Part shown: positions 1 to 9,704 of the stretch, piece by piece
Layout: each line of letters opens with the position of its first letter
Numbering within the stretch: position 1 is the first letter of the stretch
From: a virus
Virus record (IMG/VR): IMGVR_UViG_3300017788_000011
Coordinates: 67,486-131,485 of that record
Direction: 5' to 3' (one strand)
Length of the DNA: 64,000 nt
Notes under the pieces: model-generated
Seen by the model: only the letters and a program-made list of their open reading frames with translations
What the model was told of the DNA's origin: nothing
Databases searched by the model: none
Made by a program: the position numbers and the translations under genes

Positions 1-1567
1 TACTTTCAAATCTTTCTTCTTTGTCTCGATCAGTTTCTTCTGGTTTGTACTTTTTAGGATCAAGGTTTTCGTGATGGGGATAAGGCTCGTGCGTTGGAAC
101 TCTGCGCATTATTGTTTCTGTCCACTCTTCGCCGGTTTCGTCTGGAAGTTTGTGCAGTTTCAGCCTCTGCGGTAACTCTGCTTCAGCCGATGTGTCTGCT
201 GTGGCTGCTTGAGGACCGTTCATGTGAATCTGAGGAGCAGTTTCCGTGTGATTTCCGCCGGATAAAATATCTGTGGGGCCACCGGCAGTGAACCAATTAT
301 GTCCTCCAGTATTCAAATCAAAATTACCAAGATTAGTCTGTTTATAATTTTGATCGTAGAGTTTATCAACGTTTGCTTTTACATGATGTTGATAATTTTG
401 TTCATAGGTTTTATCAACATTTTGTTTGACATGAATTTTCTGATTTCCGTCAACTACTAAAATAGAATCTTCTATGACATGTGTGTGCATTTGATTGTTG
501 GCTTTGATATTGATGTTTCGGCCGGCTTCTATGTTGATATCTCTGTCAGCATAGAAATTTAAATCTTGTTTGGTGCGAACACTGACACTGTCCTCAGCAA
601 ATATATCGATTTTACCATCACTGGTTAATTCTATCCAAGTTGTTCCTCGAGCATTGCCTATGTAAATTAAATCTTCTGTGTTATGAAATAAAATCTGGTG
701 GCCGGTTCGAGTACGTATCCTAAAAAGTTCGTTGTGTAAGAGGTCTGCTTGGCCATCTGTTTCACCTGATTCAACATTGGCATATTCTGGCGGGGCCTCG
801 TGCGCTGGCTTTTTACGAAGAAGTTTATCGTCGCCGTCATCCATGACAAATGTTGTGCCGCCCAGTCTGCTGACAAACGCATTGTTTACTTTATGTTCAA
901 ACTTGCCTATTTTACCTTTGGTTGCGCCTGCACGTTTATCAACCGGGCCTGGGGTAGAAATACCAAACACAGCACTGGGTACTTCTCGTCTTGCAGAAGT
1001 AGTTGTGGTTCCCCTGATTTCGTCTTTGAGCAATCCCTGAGTTTCAAGTCTTTCTACAAATATATGAACAGGTTTTTTAATTTTTGTGGGATCAGTAAAT
1101 TCTGCAGGATTTGTATCTTTGTTAAATTCTGCTACTGGTAATTTTTCTTTGCGACCCTTGTCCACATGAAATTCTGTGGCCGGGGCGCCGCCAGGAACCT
1201 GCATATTCATGTATTCGTCTTGAACACAGCCTATCCAGAATCCTTTTCTCGGATCTCCTTGTACAAAAATTACCATGACAACTGATCCAATGTCTGGTGG
1301 GATCATCCACATACCGTAACTTTTTTGTGTTTCGTTGTATGTTTCGTTTTTTCCATTAAAGGCCACAGAAGTAACACCATAGAATGGTGAAAGATACTGT
1401 ACTTGGTGTAATTGGCCTTCTCTGCTGTCGTAGTTTCCTGCTGGTCTTAGTAGTTCAACCTCAAGACCTCCCATGTACTTAGGATCAAGGTGGCTGACAA
1501 TTTTAGCGAGAAACGGGCCAGCATCGGGTGCTGACTGACTCGTTGATCTGGTCTCTCTGGTACTCAT
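1..1567 (-). CDS. Baseplate hub/central spike protein, gp5/VgrG-like (partial, runs off left edge)
   Basis: Not in ORF track. ATG at 1567 overlaps upstream stop (ATGA). Manual translation MSTRETRSTSQSAPDAGPFLAKIVSHLDPKYMGGLEVEL...SPFYG...SYGMWMIPPDIGSVVMVIFVQGDPRKGFWIG is a gp5/VgrG OB-fold signature; same frame reads ...HEPYPHHENLDP...EERFES at the window edge. Confidence 0.8.
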   Translation of the reverse strand, partial: MSTRETRSTSQSAPDAGPFLAKIVSHLDPKYMGGLEVELLRPAGNYDSREGQLHQVQYLSPFYGVTSVAFNGKNETYNETQKSYGMWMIPPDIGSVVMVIFVQGDPRKGFWIGCVQDEYMNMQVPGGAPATEFHVDKGRKEKLPVAEFNKDTNPAEFTDPTKIKKPVHIFVERLETQGLLKDEIRGTTTTSARREVPSAVFGISTPGPVDKRAGATKGKIGKFEHKVNNAFVSRLGGTTFVMDDGDDKLLRKKPAHEAPPEYANVESGETDGQADLLHNELFRIRTRTGHQILFHNTEDLIYIGNARGTTWIELTSDGKIDIFAEDSVSVRTKQDLNFYADRDINIEAGRNINIKANNQMHTHVIEDSILVVDGNQKIHVKQNVDKTYEQNYQHHVKANVDKLYDQNYKQTNLGNFDLNTGGHNWFTAGGPTDILSGGNHTETAPQIHMNGPQAATADTSAEAELPQRLKLHKLPDETGEEWTETIMRRVPTHEPYPHHENLDPKKYKPEETDRDKEERFES

Positions 1568-4053
1568 TTTTTCCTTAATGCGTTAATTGCTGCCACTGCG
1601 GCCACTCCAGTGACTGCTACTTTGGCCACGTCTTTGATCAAAGACATGCTCGACGGTGATATCAAACTGTTCAACGAATTTCCAGCACCTAATGAGTTTC
1701 CAATGTTGGATAGGTTTTGGCTTGCTCTAACAGCATCCGAAATACCTGCGTTTAAACTACCAAACACAGAAGCAAATCCCGAAGGTAAAAATCCAGCGAT
1801 AGCATTTACTATTCTATCCGGAGTAGCATCGTCGATCATTCCTAAAACCAACGATCTTCCTTCGCCTTGTAATAACTTCTCTTGGTGTGGCAATCTGGCC
1901 ATATTTAAAGACTGTATAAACTTTCCCTTGGAAAATGAATTTTTAACAGTTATGACTTTGTAAAGACCGCTGAACGGTTCTACTAATTGTGTGTTTTCAG
2001 GAAATACATATCCGCCTGTAGCATCATTGATGTCGACAGGTGTTCTAAACTTTACCAAGACATGAACTTCTCTGTTTTGATGATTCATACTGCCATCTGC
2101 TTTTAAATTCACTAATTGTGTATCCGGACTTGAGTAATTGCCCATACCGCTGTCGGCAATGTAATAAGGATCGCCAAGTATCTTCATATCGATCTGAAGC
2201 ATGTCTCCAGCACCTTTAACTATGGCATCATTGAATAAACGTGCCACGCGAGTTTCGTCAGTGTCTGAACCACCACCGCCCATTAAGTCAGTGTCTGCTT
2301 TGAAAACAGGTAACTGTGTTTCTGGGCTCGACCCCACAGTAGATGCTCCTGTGGCTGTAGTTTTTGGTGCTGTTTTATCTCCGCCCGACGAGTTCATCTG
2401 CTGTTGATTTCTTGCATCCATGTTATTTGCTCCGGCATCACTGAACGCGGCTCGAGCAAATGCTATGTCAAATCGTATGTCAAAATCTAAGACATCAACG
2501 TTTTTGCCTGTGTAGATATAATTGTATTCCTTTACGCAGTTCTTTTTTAAATTTTCGTAGCCAGTAGGTGTTACATTAGGCGGTGTAAATTTGCTGGAAT
2601 GCACTTTATAGGGTATAACACGATAAACAACTAATTTTGGTCTATCTCCTGTGTTGGGATCCATACCGTCGGCTACGGGTAATAAAAACACCTGTGATTC
2701 TATTCTGAACCAATTCAGCATACCGTTTTCGTCAACGGCTCCGGGATTAATAACTTTTCTTCCGTATTCGCTGACGAGAATTACCTGAGTAATAGCATTC
2801 TGAATATCCGACCCCTGTGTAAATTTAAACTCTCTTCGCTTAGGGTCAATGGCTATTGTATTTCGTTTAAAAATACCTGCTTTTTCGTCGTATGTGGCTT
2901 CCTCTTTGCCAAAGGGAGATTGGCCGCCTTGGTACATGTCAAAGCCCATAGAAGACGCACCAATTAGATTTACATCGCTTTCTGACTGAACCAATGTTTC
3001 GTTGGTTTTACTTCTGCCTAATCCTAATGCAGATTCAACTGAGTTCGCTGCCGGTGCAGATGGATTAGAAGTTGCAGGACTGTCATCGCCGTAATCGTAA
3101 TAGTCTGAATCATAGCCAGTGCCAGCACTGGCTACTTCTTTAGGAAAAATAATAGCAATTTCGTCGGCTACTTTTACACGCCCTTCTTTTCTTAATTCTA
3201 CATTTCGAGAATTAATCACACGTTGCAAACTTTTATCCCCAGACTGTAACATTTCTTGCACAGTGGCTCCTGTGATTGCTACATCTGTTTGTAAATTGTG
3301 GTATTTAGAACTGAATCCTTGCTCGTTAAACGGTACTGCTGTACAGTCGTAGGTGCTGCCAGATTTTGCCACATTAAAACCAATGTCAACAAATTTCAAA
3401 GGAATATATTTTTTTCCTCCTGGAACAGGTACTGTAAGATTATCTTCTGTTATGCCGGCAAATTCTATTGCTAACAAAAACGGTGCTTGAAGATAATTTT
3501 TATATCCCTGTTGTTTGGCTGCTAACTGTAGGCTTTGTAAAAACAGTCCCATTGAATAGGGCTCTGTGATTTTAAATTTAATCTGCGAAGCGTTGGTGTT
3601 ACGAGACTTCATGTTAGGGGAGATAAATGTATCTATTTCTACATCGTCCATGAAGAAATCAAATTTACCATAGGCTGTGTTGATTCGATTATTAGGATCT
3701 CCGTTACCACTTTTTAAAATTATGTTTGATATTTGTCCTGCTCTGTAATTTCTGTCTGGAAAGTTTATTTCGTCATCGTTTAAACATGACAAGGTAAAAA
3801 TAGTATTGTAACTGGCAAAGATTCCCAGAGCATTAGGCAACGGCAGTCCTACAGAAGAACTCTGAGGATTTAGCATACCTCCTAATGCTGGGCCAAGATT
3901 ACCCACTACAGATCCCACAGATGACAGTGCGTCTCCAGCAACGTTTCTTATTGCTTGAGCCGGATTGGCCACAGCACGATCAATAAAGTCTGCACCTCGC
4001 TGTGCTATGTCACCGACAGTACCAGCAACATTGTCGTAGATAGGAAATGCCAT
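1564..4053 (-). CDS. Putative baseplate hub protein (gp27/GpD-like), 829 aa
   Basis: Long ORF between gp53-like and gp5-like genes; C-terminal MKILGDP...SGLYKVITVKNSFSKGKFIQSL resembles hub/late-control-D folds. Confidence 0.55.
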   Translation of the reverse strand: MAFPIYDNVAGTVGDIAQRGADFIDRAVANPAQAIRNVAGDALSSVGSVVGNLGPALGGMLNPQSSSVGLPLPNALGIFASYNTIFTLSCLNDDEINFPDRNYRAGQISNIILKSGNGDPNNRINTAYGKFDFFMDDVEIDTFISPNMKSRNTNASQIKFKITEPYSMGLFLQSLQLAAKQQGYKNYLQAPFLLAIEFAGITEDNLTVPVPGGKKYIPLKFVDIGFNVAKSGSTYDCTAVPFNEQGFSSKYHNLQTDVAITGATVQEMLQSGDKSLQRVINSRNVELRKEGRVKVADEIAIIFPKEVASAGTGYDSDYYDYGDDSPATSNPSAPAANSVESALGLGRSKTNETLVQSESDVNLIGASSMGFDMYQGGQSPFGKEEATYDEKAGIFKRNTIAIDPKRREFKFTQGSDIQNAITQVILVSEYGRKVINPGAVDENGMLNWFRIESQVFLLPVADGMDPNTGDRPKLVVYRVIPYKVHSSKFTPPNVTPTGYENLKKNCVKEYNYIYTGKNVDVLDFDIRFDIAFARAAFSDAGANNMDARNQQQMNSSGGDKTAPKTTATGASTVGSSPETQLPVFKADTDLMGGGGSDTDETRVARLFNDAIVKGAGDMLQIDMKILGDPYYIADSGMGNYSSPDTQLVNLKADGSMNHQNREVHVLVKFRTPVDINDATGGYVFPENTQLVEPFSGLYKVITVKNSFSKGKFIQSLNMARLPHQEKLLQGEGRSLVLGMIDDATPDRIVNAIAGFLPSGFASVFGSLNAGISDAVRASQNLSNIGNSLGAGNSLNSLISPSSMSLIKDVAKVAVTGVAAVAAINALRKK

Positions 4054-4054
4054 G

Positions 4055-4357
4055 TTATAATCCTAATATCTGAAACAGGGCAGATTTTTTTGGCAGATAT
4101 ATTGTTGTACCTGCTTTAAAATCCCAAATAGGATCTTGTAAAATATCCATGTTGCGTTGTGTAAATACCCACCAAAGTCTTGTAGTTTGATAGAGGTCAT
4201 AAGACAGTAGGTCTGGTCTATAGGTATATTGTGGTTCAATGGTATAGGGAAAATCGTCTGGCTGAGCAGCCACAGGACGAATTCTAAAAATTCCTAATTT
4301 GTCATTTTCAATGGGAGTCTTAAACCACGGACTGGTAGAGTTATATTCGGCAGCCAT
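4055..4357 (-). CDS. gp53: Baseplate wedge protein, gp53-like (LysM-type)
   Basis: RPDLLSYDLY...LWWVF...N...DP...GTTIYLP motif; baseplate context. Confidence 0.75.
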   Translation of the reverse strand: MAAEYNSTSPWFKTPIENDKLGIFRIRPVAAQPDDFPYTIEPQYTYRPDLLSYDLYQTTRLWWVFTQRNMDILQDPIWDFKAGTTIYLPKKSALFQILGL

Positions 4358-5304
4358 TATAGATAACCTTTACCTGATGAAAGATAAGAACCGTTGACGA
4401 ACTGTTGTAAACTAAATTGCTTAACTGATTCTCTGCTGTAGATAGGCTGAAGTGTGACACTGACAGTGCTTTTTACTGGGACCCATCCCTTGGCTGCACT
4501 GCCTCTGGACAAAGAGTTTACTATGCCTATTCCAGTATTCAACGAAGATGCTAAATTCCCTAATGTTCCGCCGGCCTGCGAAATTGCTCCCAGGGCTGAC
4601 TGTGCAAGACTTGGAAATCCGGCGCCTGCCGCATTGGCATCTATGGCAATGTAATCAACATCGGCTGGTAAGTCTACTGTATAACTTTTCACTACCACAG
4701 GAACATTAGGAAATACATGTTCACCGTAGCCACTTAATCTGCAGATAGGAGGAGGCGTACCTTGATTAGGCGTGTCTCCAGAAGCCATTTTAGTCACTGA
4801 TCTTAAAAAATGCACCACGGCTGCCCAATAGGCTGCCTGTCTTCCGTCTTCAACAAAAAACGATCCGGTGATCGCAATCTGATCAGGTTCTGTGGCTGTG
4901 TAACTGATAAAGGGATAATTACTGTGCGTCAATGATTCTACAGAGTACGCCGCACTACCCGTAATATTAATCGTTGGAGTAAATGGAAAAACCAATCCGT
5001 TGGTTTCTAACAAAGGTTGTAGTATCGAACTGGAGCCAAAACTGCTGGGCATAGAAATTCTAACTCGCCAGTCGTTGCCGTTGGCATTGCCAAACACTGC
5101 GTTGGCAATGTTAGAAGTTTTCAGTGCTTCGGCACCCACTGGTATTGATGAGGATCGCAACTTCGATAATAATCCCACTGGATTTGATAGATCAGAAAGA
5201 TTTACACCTGCTCTGCCTAATGAATTGTTGATTCCGGATAATCCGGATCCAAGGGTATTAGATACCGTCGATACTACGTTAGAAATGCTTTCAAACAGCG
5301 CCAT
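4357..5304 (-). CDS. Baseplate tail-tube initiator/junction protein (gp48/gp54/GpU-like)
   Basis: LVFPFTPTI, PPPICRLSGYG..VFPNVPVVVKSYTVDLP..VDY motifs typical of tube-initiator proteins; GGAG RBS upstream. Confidence 0.6.
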   Translation of the reverse strand: MALFESISNVVSTVSNTLGSGLSGINNSLGRAGVNLSDLSNPVGLLSKLRSSSIPVGAEALKTSNIANAVFGNANGNDWRVRISMPSSFGSSSILQPLLETNGLVFPFTPTINITGSAAYSVESLTHSNYPFISYTATEPDQIAITGSFFVEDGRQAAYWAAVVHFLRSVTKMASGDTPNQGTPPPICRLSGYGEHVFPNVPVVVKSYTVDLPADVDYIAIDANAAGAGFPSLAQSALGAISQAGGTLGNLASSLNTGIGIVNSLSRGSAAKGWVPVKSTVSVTLQPIYSRESVKQFSLQQFVNGSYLSSGKGYL

Positions 5305-5326
5305 TTATTTCTCCATTTGGTAACAA

Positions 5327-5332
5327 TATTTA
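5327..5332 (-). promoter_or_regulatory. Late promoter TAAATA for the baseplate operon
   Basis: TATTTA on + strand, 22 nt upstream of the 5304 start; same hexamer precedes many structural genes. Confidence 0.65.
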
Positions 5333-5361
5333 TTGACAATTTAATCTGCGTGTTTTATAAT
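5333..5361 (+). promoter_or_regulatory. Consensus sigma70 promoter for late sigma/gp47/gp46 operon
   Basis: TTGACA (5333-5338), 17-nt spacer, TATAAT (5356-5361); GGGAG before ATG 5383. Confidence 0.85.
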
Positions 5362-5382
5362 ATGCTTGGGAGATCATAATTA

Positions 5383-6231
5383 ATGTCTACAAAAGTAAAC
5401 TATCTTAACAACAAAGATCTATTAGACGAAATACACAAATCAAAGAACAGTTACAGTTCGTACACAAAACCAGAATATCATCAGTACGATATTATTCTGC
5501 CCAGTTTGGAAAAAATTAACATTCGTACTGTGGCAGAGGCCAAACGTAATCGTGCAAAAAGGCTTTCGCAACAGGCCTACGAAGCGAGAAAAGCCGCAGG
5601 GGAAAAAATCAAAGCCGCAGAATGCGAAATTGACTATAAAAAGATTATAAAAACAGATTTGGTTTTTAGAATCATGACTTTTGATCATATTCCAGGCAAT
5701 ATTGGTAGAAAAAAGAATCCAAAGAGTGTAGCAGACAAAAAGGAAAAGGTAAATTTTCCACCGTTTCAGCACTGGAAGTTTGATAACAAAGACGAATTAA
5801 TCTGCGTGGGCAAAAGCCATTGGAAAGGTGATCTTAAAAAAGGTCAGTTTAGCAAAGACCACGGACAGATTAGTAACAATCTTGCACGGATGTTTATCAA
5901 ACTCTGCGAACGATATGCTACCAGGGGTAACGTTCGAGGCTATACCTACAACGACGAAATGCGTGGACAGGCTATCCTGCAATTAACACAGATAGGTTTA
6001 CAATTTGACGAATCAAAATCAAATAATCCCTTTGCGTATTTTACCGCGGCAGTGACTAATTCGTTTGTGCGTGTGATCAATATCGAAAAGAAGATGCAGA
6101 ATATTCGAGATGACATGCTGGAAATCAACAACATGGCGCCAAGTTGGACACGTATTGCCAATGCCGAACATGAAAATGCCATGGCTCGAGAGGCAGCACG
6201 TCGAGACCAAACTGATAGCGAAGAAGTTTAA
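5383..6231 (+). CDS. gp55: Late-transcription sigma factor, gp55-like
   Basis: NYLNNKDLL N-terminus; N.RGYTY.DEM; FDESKSNNPFAYFT; immediately upstream of gp47/gp46. Confidence 0.85.
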   Translation: MSTKVNYLNNKDLLDEIHKSKNSYSSYTKPEYHQYDIILPSLEKINIRTVAEAKRNRAKRLSQQAYEARKAAGEKIKAAECEIDYKKIIKTDLVFRIMTFDHIPGNIGRKKNPKSVADKKEKVNFPPFQHWKFDNKDELICVGKSHWKGDLKKGQFSKDHGQISNNLARMFIKLCERYATRGNVRGYTYNDEMRGQAILQLTQIGLQFDESKSNNPFAYFTAAVTNSFVRVINIEKKMQNIRDDMLEINNMAPSWTRIANAEHENAMAREAARRDQTDSEEV

Positions 6232-6251
6232 AAGAAAGTATAATCTAATTT

Positions 6252-7265
6252 ATGAGTCAACTTTTTAAAAAAGTAGCCTGTTTTACAGATATACATTACG
6301 GATTGAAATCTAACTCTGCTGTTCATAATCAAGACTGCGATGAGTTCGTAGATTGGTTCATTGCCAACGCCAAGCGTGAGGGTTGTGAAACTGGGATGTT
6401 TCTTGGTGATTGGCACCACAATCGTAATTCATTGAATATCACAACCATGGACTATAGTCTTCGGGCTTTGGAAAAACTTGGCAAAGCCTTTGACCAATTC
6501 TTTTTCTTTCCGGGCAATCACGACCTATATTACAAAGACAAACGTGACATTCACAGCGTTGAGTTTGGCAAATATGTTCCAGGAATCGAAGTAGTTCGGG
6601 AAGTACTCACAGATGGAGAAGTTACCATGTGTCCCTGGTTAGTAGGGGATGAGTGGAAAAAGATGGAAAAATTAAACAGTCGGTATGTGTTTGGTCACTT
6701 TGAACTACCGCTGTTTATGATGAATGCCATGGTTCAAATGCCAGACCACGGTGAGTTACAGGCACATCATTTTAAAAATCCTGAATATGTATTTTCAGGA
6801 CACTTCCATAAACGACAGGCCAAAGAAAATATTGTGTACATTGGCAATGCCTTTCCGCACAATTATGCAGATACCTGGGACGATGATCGAGGAATGATGA
6901 TTCTCGAATGGGGAGGTAAACCTAAATACCTCAATTGGGATCACTGTCCTAAATTTAAAACTGTTAAACTCAGTGAATTAATTGACAAGCAACAGGAACT
7001 GTGTTTACCTAAAACACATTTCAGAGTAAGTTTAGACATTGATGTCAGTTTTGAAGAAGCCAGTTATATCAAAGAAACTTTTATGAATCAGTATGAAATC
7101 AGAGAATTGACTCTGATTCCAGAAAAGAAAGAAGTAGAAATCAACACAGACCTCAGTGTTGAACAGTTTGAAAGTGTGGATCAAATTGTGTCTTCACAGA
7201 TTCTCAGCATCGAATCCGACAATTATGATCCCAAAGTTTTGTTAAACATTTACAATAACCTATGA
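6252..7265 (+). CDS. gp47: Recombination endonuclease subunit (Mre11/SbcD-like)
   Basis: Metallophosphoesterase motifs DIH, GD, GNHD, GH, SGHFH. Confidence 0.92.
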   Translation: MSQLFKKVACFTDIHYGLKSNSAVHNQDCDEFVDWFIANAKREGCETGMFLGDWHHNRNSLNITTMDYSLRALEKLGKAFDQFFFFPGNHDLYYKDKRDIHSVEFGKYVPGIEVVREVLTDGEVTMCPWLVGDEWKKMEKLNSRYVFGHFELPLFMMNAMVQMPDHGELQAHHFKNPEYVFSGHFHKRQAKENIVYIGNAFPHNYADTWDDDRGMMILEWGGKPKYLNWDHCPKFKTVKLSELIDKQQELCLPKTHFRVSLDIDVSFEEASYIKETFMNQYEIRELTLIPEKKEVEINTDLSVEQFESVDQIVSSQILSIESDNYDPKVLLNIYNNL

Positions 7266-9040
7266 TAAAAATAAAAGATCTTACAGTAAAGAATTTTATG
7301 AGCGTGGGTAATCAGACCCAGGCTGTGGATTTTGGCAAAGAACAGTTGACCTTGGTGTTAGGTGAAAATCTCGATATGGGCGGTGATGACAACGGTTCGC
7401 GCAACGGCACAGGTAAAACAACTATTATCAATGCTCTGAGTTATGCACTTTACGGCAATGCCCTGACTAACATTAAAAAAGACAATCTTATCAACAAAAT
7501 CAACGGTAAGAACATGTTGGTAACACTACATTTCGAAACCAACGGCACTGACTATAGAATCGAGCGGGGTCGTAAACCCAACGTCTTTAAATTCTTTATC
7601 GACGGTCAGGAAAGTATAGCAGAAGATCAAGACGAAAGCCAAGGCGACAGCCGAGAAACACAAAAAGACCTCGATACTCTGTTGGGCATGAGCCACGATA
7701 TGTTTAAGCACATCATTGCTCTTAACACCTACACTGAGCCTTTTCTATCTATGAAGGCCAACGAACAGCGGGACATCATTGAACAACTGCTGGGGATTAC
7801 TCTGCTGTCAGAAAAATCAGAGTTGTTGAAAGAACAGATTAGGCTGACCAAAGAACAGATTGCCAGCGAATCTGCAAAAATCGAAGCAATTAAAAATGCC
7901 AATGTTAAAATTCAAGAAACCATTGACAGTCTCGAAACCAAACAAAGTGCTTGGCGAACACAGCAAAAAGCCGACTGCGATAAGATCGATGCTGTGATCA
8001 AAGAACTACAAAACGTAGACATTGATCACGAATTAACGCAACATGAAAAATTAAAAGTCTATGACGAACAAGCGGCCAAAATTAAAAGTCTCAACAAAGA
8101 AAAGTCTACATTTGAAACTGCGCTGATACAGGCAGATAAAGCAGTTAAAAAATACGAAAAAGAAGTATTACAGTTATCAAACAATACCTGTCCGGCCTGC
8201 GAACAAAATTTACAAGATCACAGGCACACCGAAATGATCTCTGCGGCTAACAAAAATTTAGATGATGCAAAAAAATATGCTGAAACTATTCAAACAGAAT
8301 TGTCAGCAGTGATCAAAGAGTTAGAAGATATTGGCGATATCAACGGTCGACCAGACACATTCTACGAAACTATCAACGAAGCATTGAAGCATCAAAATAA
8401 TTTAAACACATTGATAACACAACTTGATGAGAAATCCAAGGCCACAGATCCTTATCAAGAGCAGATCGACGAATTAAAAAACACTGCTCTACAAGAATTT
8501 GACTGGGAAGTTGTCAACACTCTGACAACCTTGAAAGAACATCAAGAGTTCTTGCTGAAGTTATTGACCAGTAAGGACAGTTTTATTCGTAAGAAAATCA
8601 TCGATCAAAACTTGGCCTATCTCAACAATAGACTTACTTACTATCTTGACAAGGTAGGATTACCACACACAGTGGTATTTCAAAATGATTTAAATGTGGA
8701 AATTACACAGTTAGGGCAGGATCTTGATTTTGATAATCTCTCCAGAGGAGAACGCAATCGTTTGATTCTTGGCCTATCATGGGCATTCCGTGATGTATGG
8801 GAAAGCCTATATCAGAACATTAATTTGCTGTTCATTGACGAACTGATTGACAGCGGTATGGACGCCAGCGGTGTTGAAAACTGTCTGAGCATTCTTAAGA
8901 AAATGGGTAGAGAACGTAAGAAAAACATTTATTTGATCAGTCACAAGGATGAATTGATTGGTCGTATGAACAATGTTTTGCGAGTAATTAAAGAAAACGG
9001 ATTTACCAGTTATTCAACAGATCTTGAAATAAGTGAATAA
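7262..9040 (+). CDS. gp46: Recombination ATPase subunit (Rad50/SbcC-like)
   Basis: Walker A NGTGKTT, coiled coil with CPAC zinc hook, signature LSRGE, Walker B LFIDE, ISH. Confidence 0.93.
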   Translation: MIKIKDLTVKNFMSVGNQTQAVDFGKEQLTLVLGENLDMGGDDNGSRNGTGKTTIINALSYALYGNALTNIKKDNLINKINGKNMLVTLHFETNGTDYRIERGRKPNVFKFFIDGQESIAEDQDESQGDSRETQKDLDTLLGMSHDMFKHIIALNTYTEPFLSMKANEQRDIIEQLLGITLLSEKSELLKEQIRLTKEQIASESAKIEAIKNANVKIQETIDSLETKQSAWRTQQKADCDKIDAVIKELQNVDIDHELTQHEKLKVYDEQAAKIKSLNKEKSTFETALIQADKAVKKYEKEVLQLSNNTCPACEQNLQDHRHTEMISAANKNLDDAKKYAETIQTELSAVIKELEDIGDINGRPDTFYETINEALKHQNNLNTLITQLDEKSKATDPYQEQIDELKNTALQEFDWEVVNTLTTLKEHQEFLLKLLTSKDSFIRKKIIDQNLAYLNNRLTYYLDKVGLPHTVVFQNDLNVEITQLGQDLDFDNLSRGERNRLILGLSWAFRDVWESLYQNINLLFIDELIDSGMDASGVENCLSILKKMGRERKKNIYLISHKDELIGRMNNVLRVIKENGFTSYSTDLEISE

Positions 9041-9266
9041 TAGAGAAACAGAATTTGATGAGAAATTGATCAGGGCCTTTCAGGAATACCTAAGATACAG
9101 CGATAGGTGGATCCGCAGAGGCTCTGGAGGTGCGGCCATAAAAGCCAGAAATTATCTCCTTGAAATACACAAAATGACCAAACAAAGGCGCAAAGAAATT
9201 TACGATCAACGGGCAGAACTTAAAATTCAAAAACAACAGGCAAAACAAAATCCACAAGATACATAA
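9033..9266 (+). CDS. Small basic protein, histone H1-like Hc1 family
   Basis: GSGGAAIKARNYLLEIHKMTKQRRKEI matches the AA.RAR..L.E..K..K..R.E pattern of Hc1-like proteins. Confidence 0.55.
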   Translation: MNNRETEFDEKLIRAFQEYLRYSDRWIRRGSGGAAIKARNYLLEIHKMTKQRRKEIYDQRAELKIQKQQAKQNPQDT

Positions 9267-9269
9267 TGC

Positions 9270-9704
9270 GTGTCGTGGCTTTATCAAAATCAAATAGTTG
9301 AAGAAATACCCGAAGGCTATATTGGCTTCGTTTATCTCGTCACCAATCTAAAAACCGGGCAAAAGTACATAGGCAAGAAACTTGCACAATTCAAACGTAC
9401 TAAACCACCACTCAAAGGCAAAAAACTTAAACGTAGATCTGTAGTAGAAAGCGATTGGCGCGACTACTGGGGTTCTTCTGATAGGTTAAACGCAGACGTT
9501 CAACAATTAGGCCCGGAAAATTTTACCAGAGAAATACTGTATTACTGTACCAGCAAGGCAGAAATGAGTTATATAGAAGCTCGCGAACAGTTTGATCGTC
9601 GTGTACTGGAATCCGATGAATACTACAACGGAATCATCAATTGTAGAATAGGCGGATCAGAAAAACTCAGAAAAGCCTTGGCAGAACATAGGCAAAAAAC
9701 ATAG
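9270..9704 (+). CDS. Stand-alone GIY-YIG family nuclease (Seg-like), 144 aa
   Basis: GFVYLVTN...KYIGKK, YWGSS, FTREIL, E, YN motifs; basic insert KRTKPPLKGKKLKRR; no C-terminal DNA-binding module. Confidence 0.85.
   Translation: MSWLYQNQIVEEIPEGYIGFVYLVTNLKTGQKYIGKKLAQFKRTKPPLKGKKLKRRSVVESDWRDYWGSSDRLNADVQQLGPENFTREILYYCTSKAEMSYIEAREQFDRRVLESDEYYNGIINCRIGGSEKLRKALAEHRQKT

Noticed and set aside
94-1310. Short ORFs listed in the track
   Set aside because: All lie within the long minus-strand gp5-like CDS (1-1567), missing from the track probably because it has no stop in the window.
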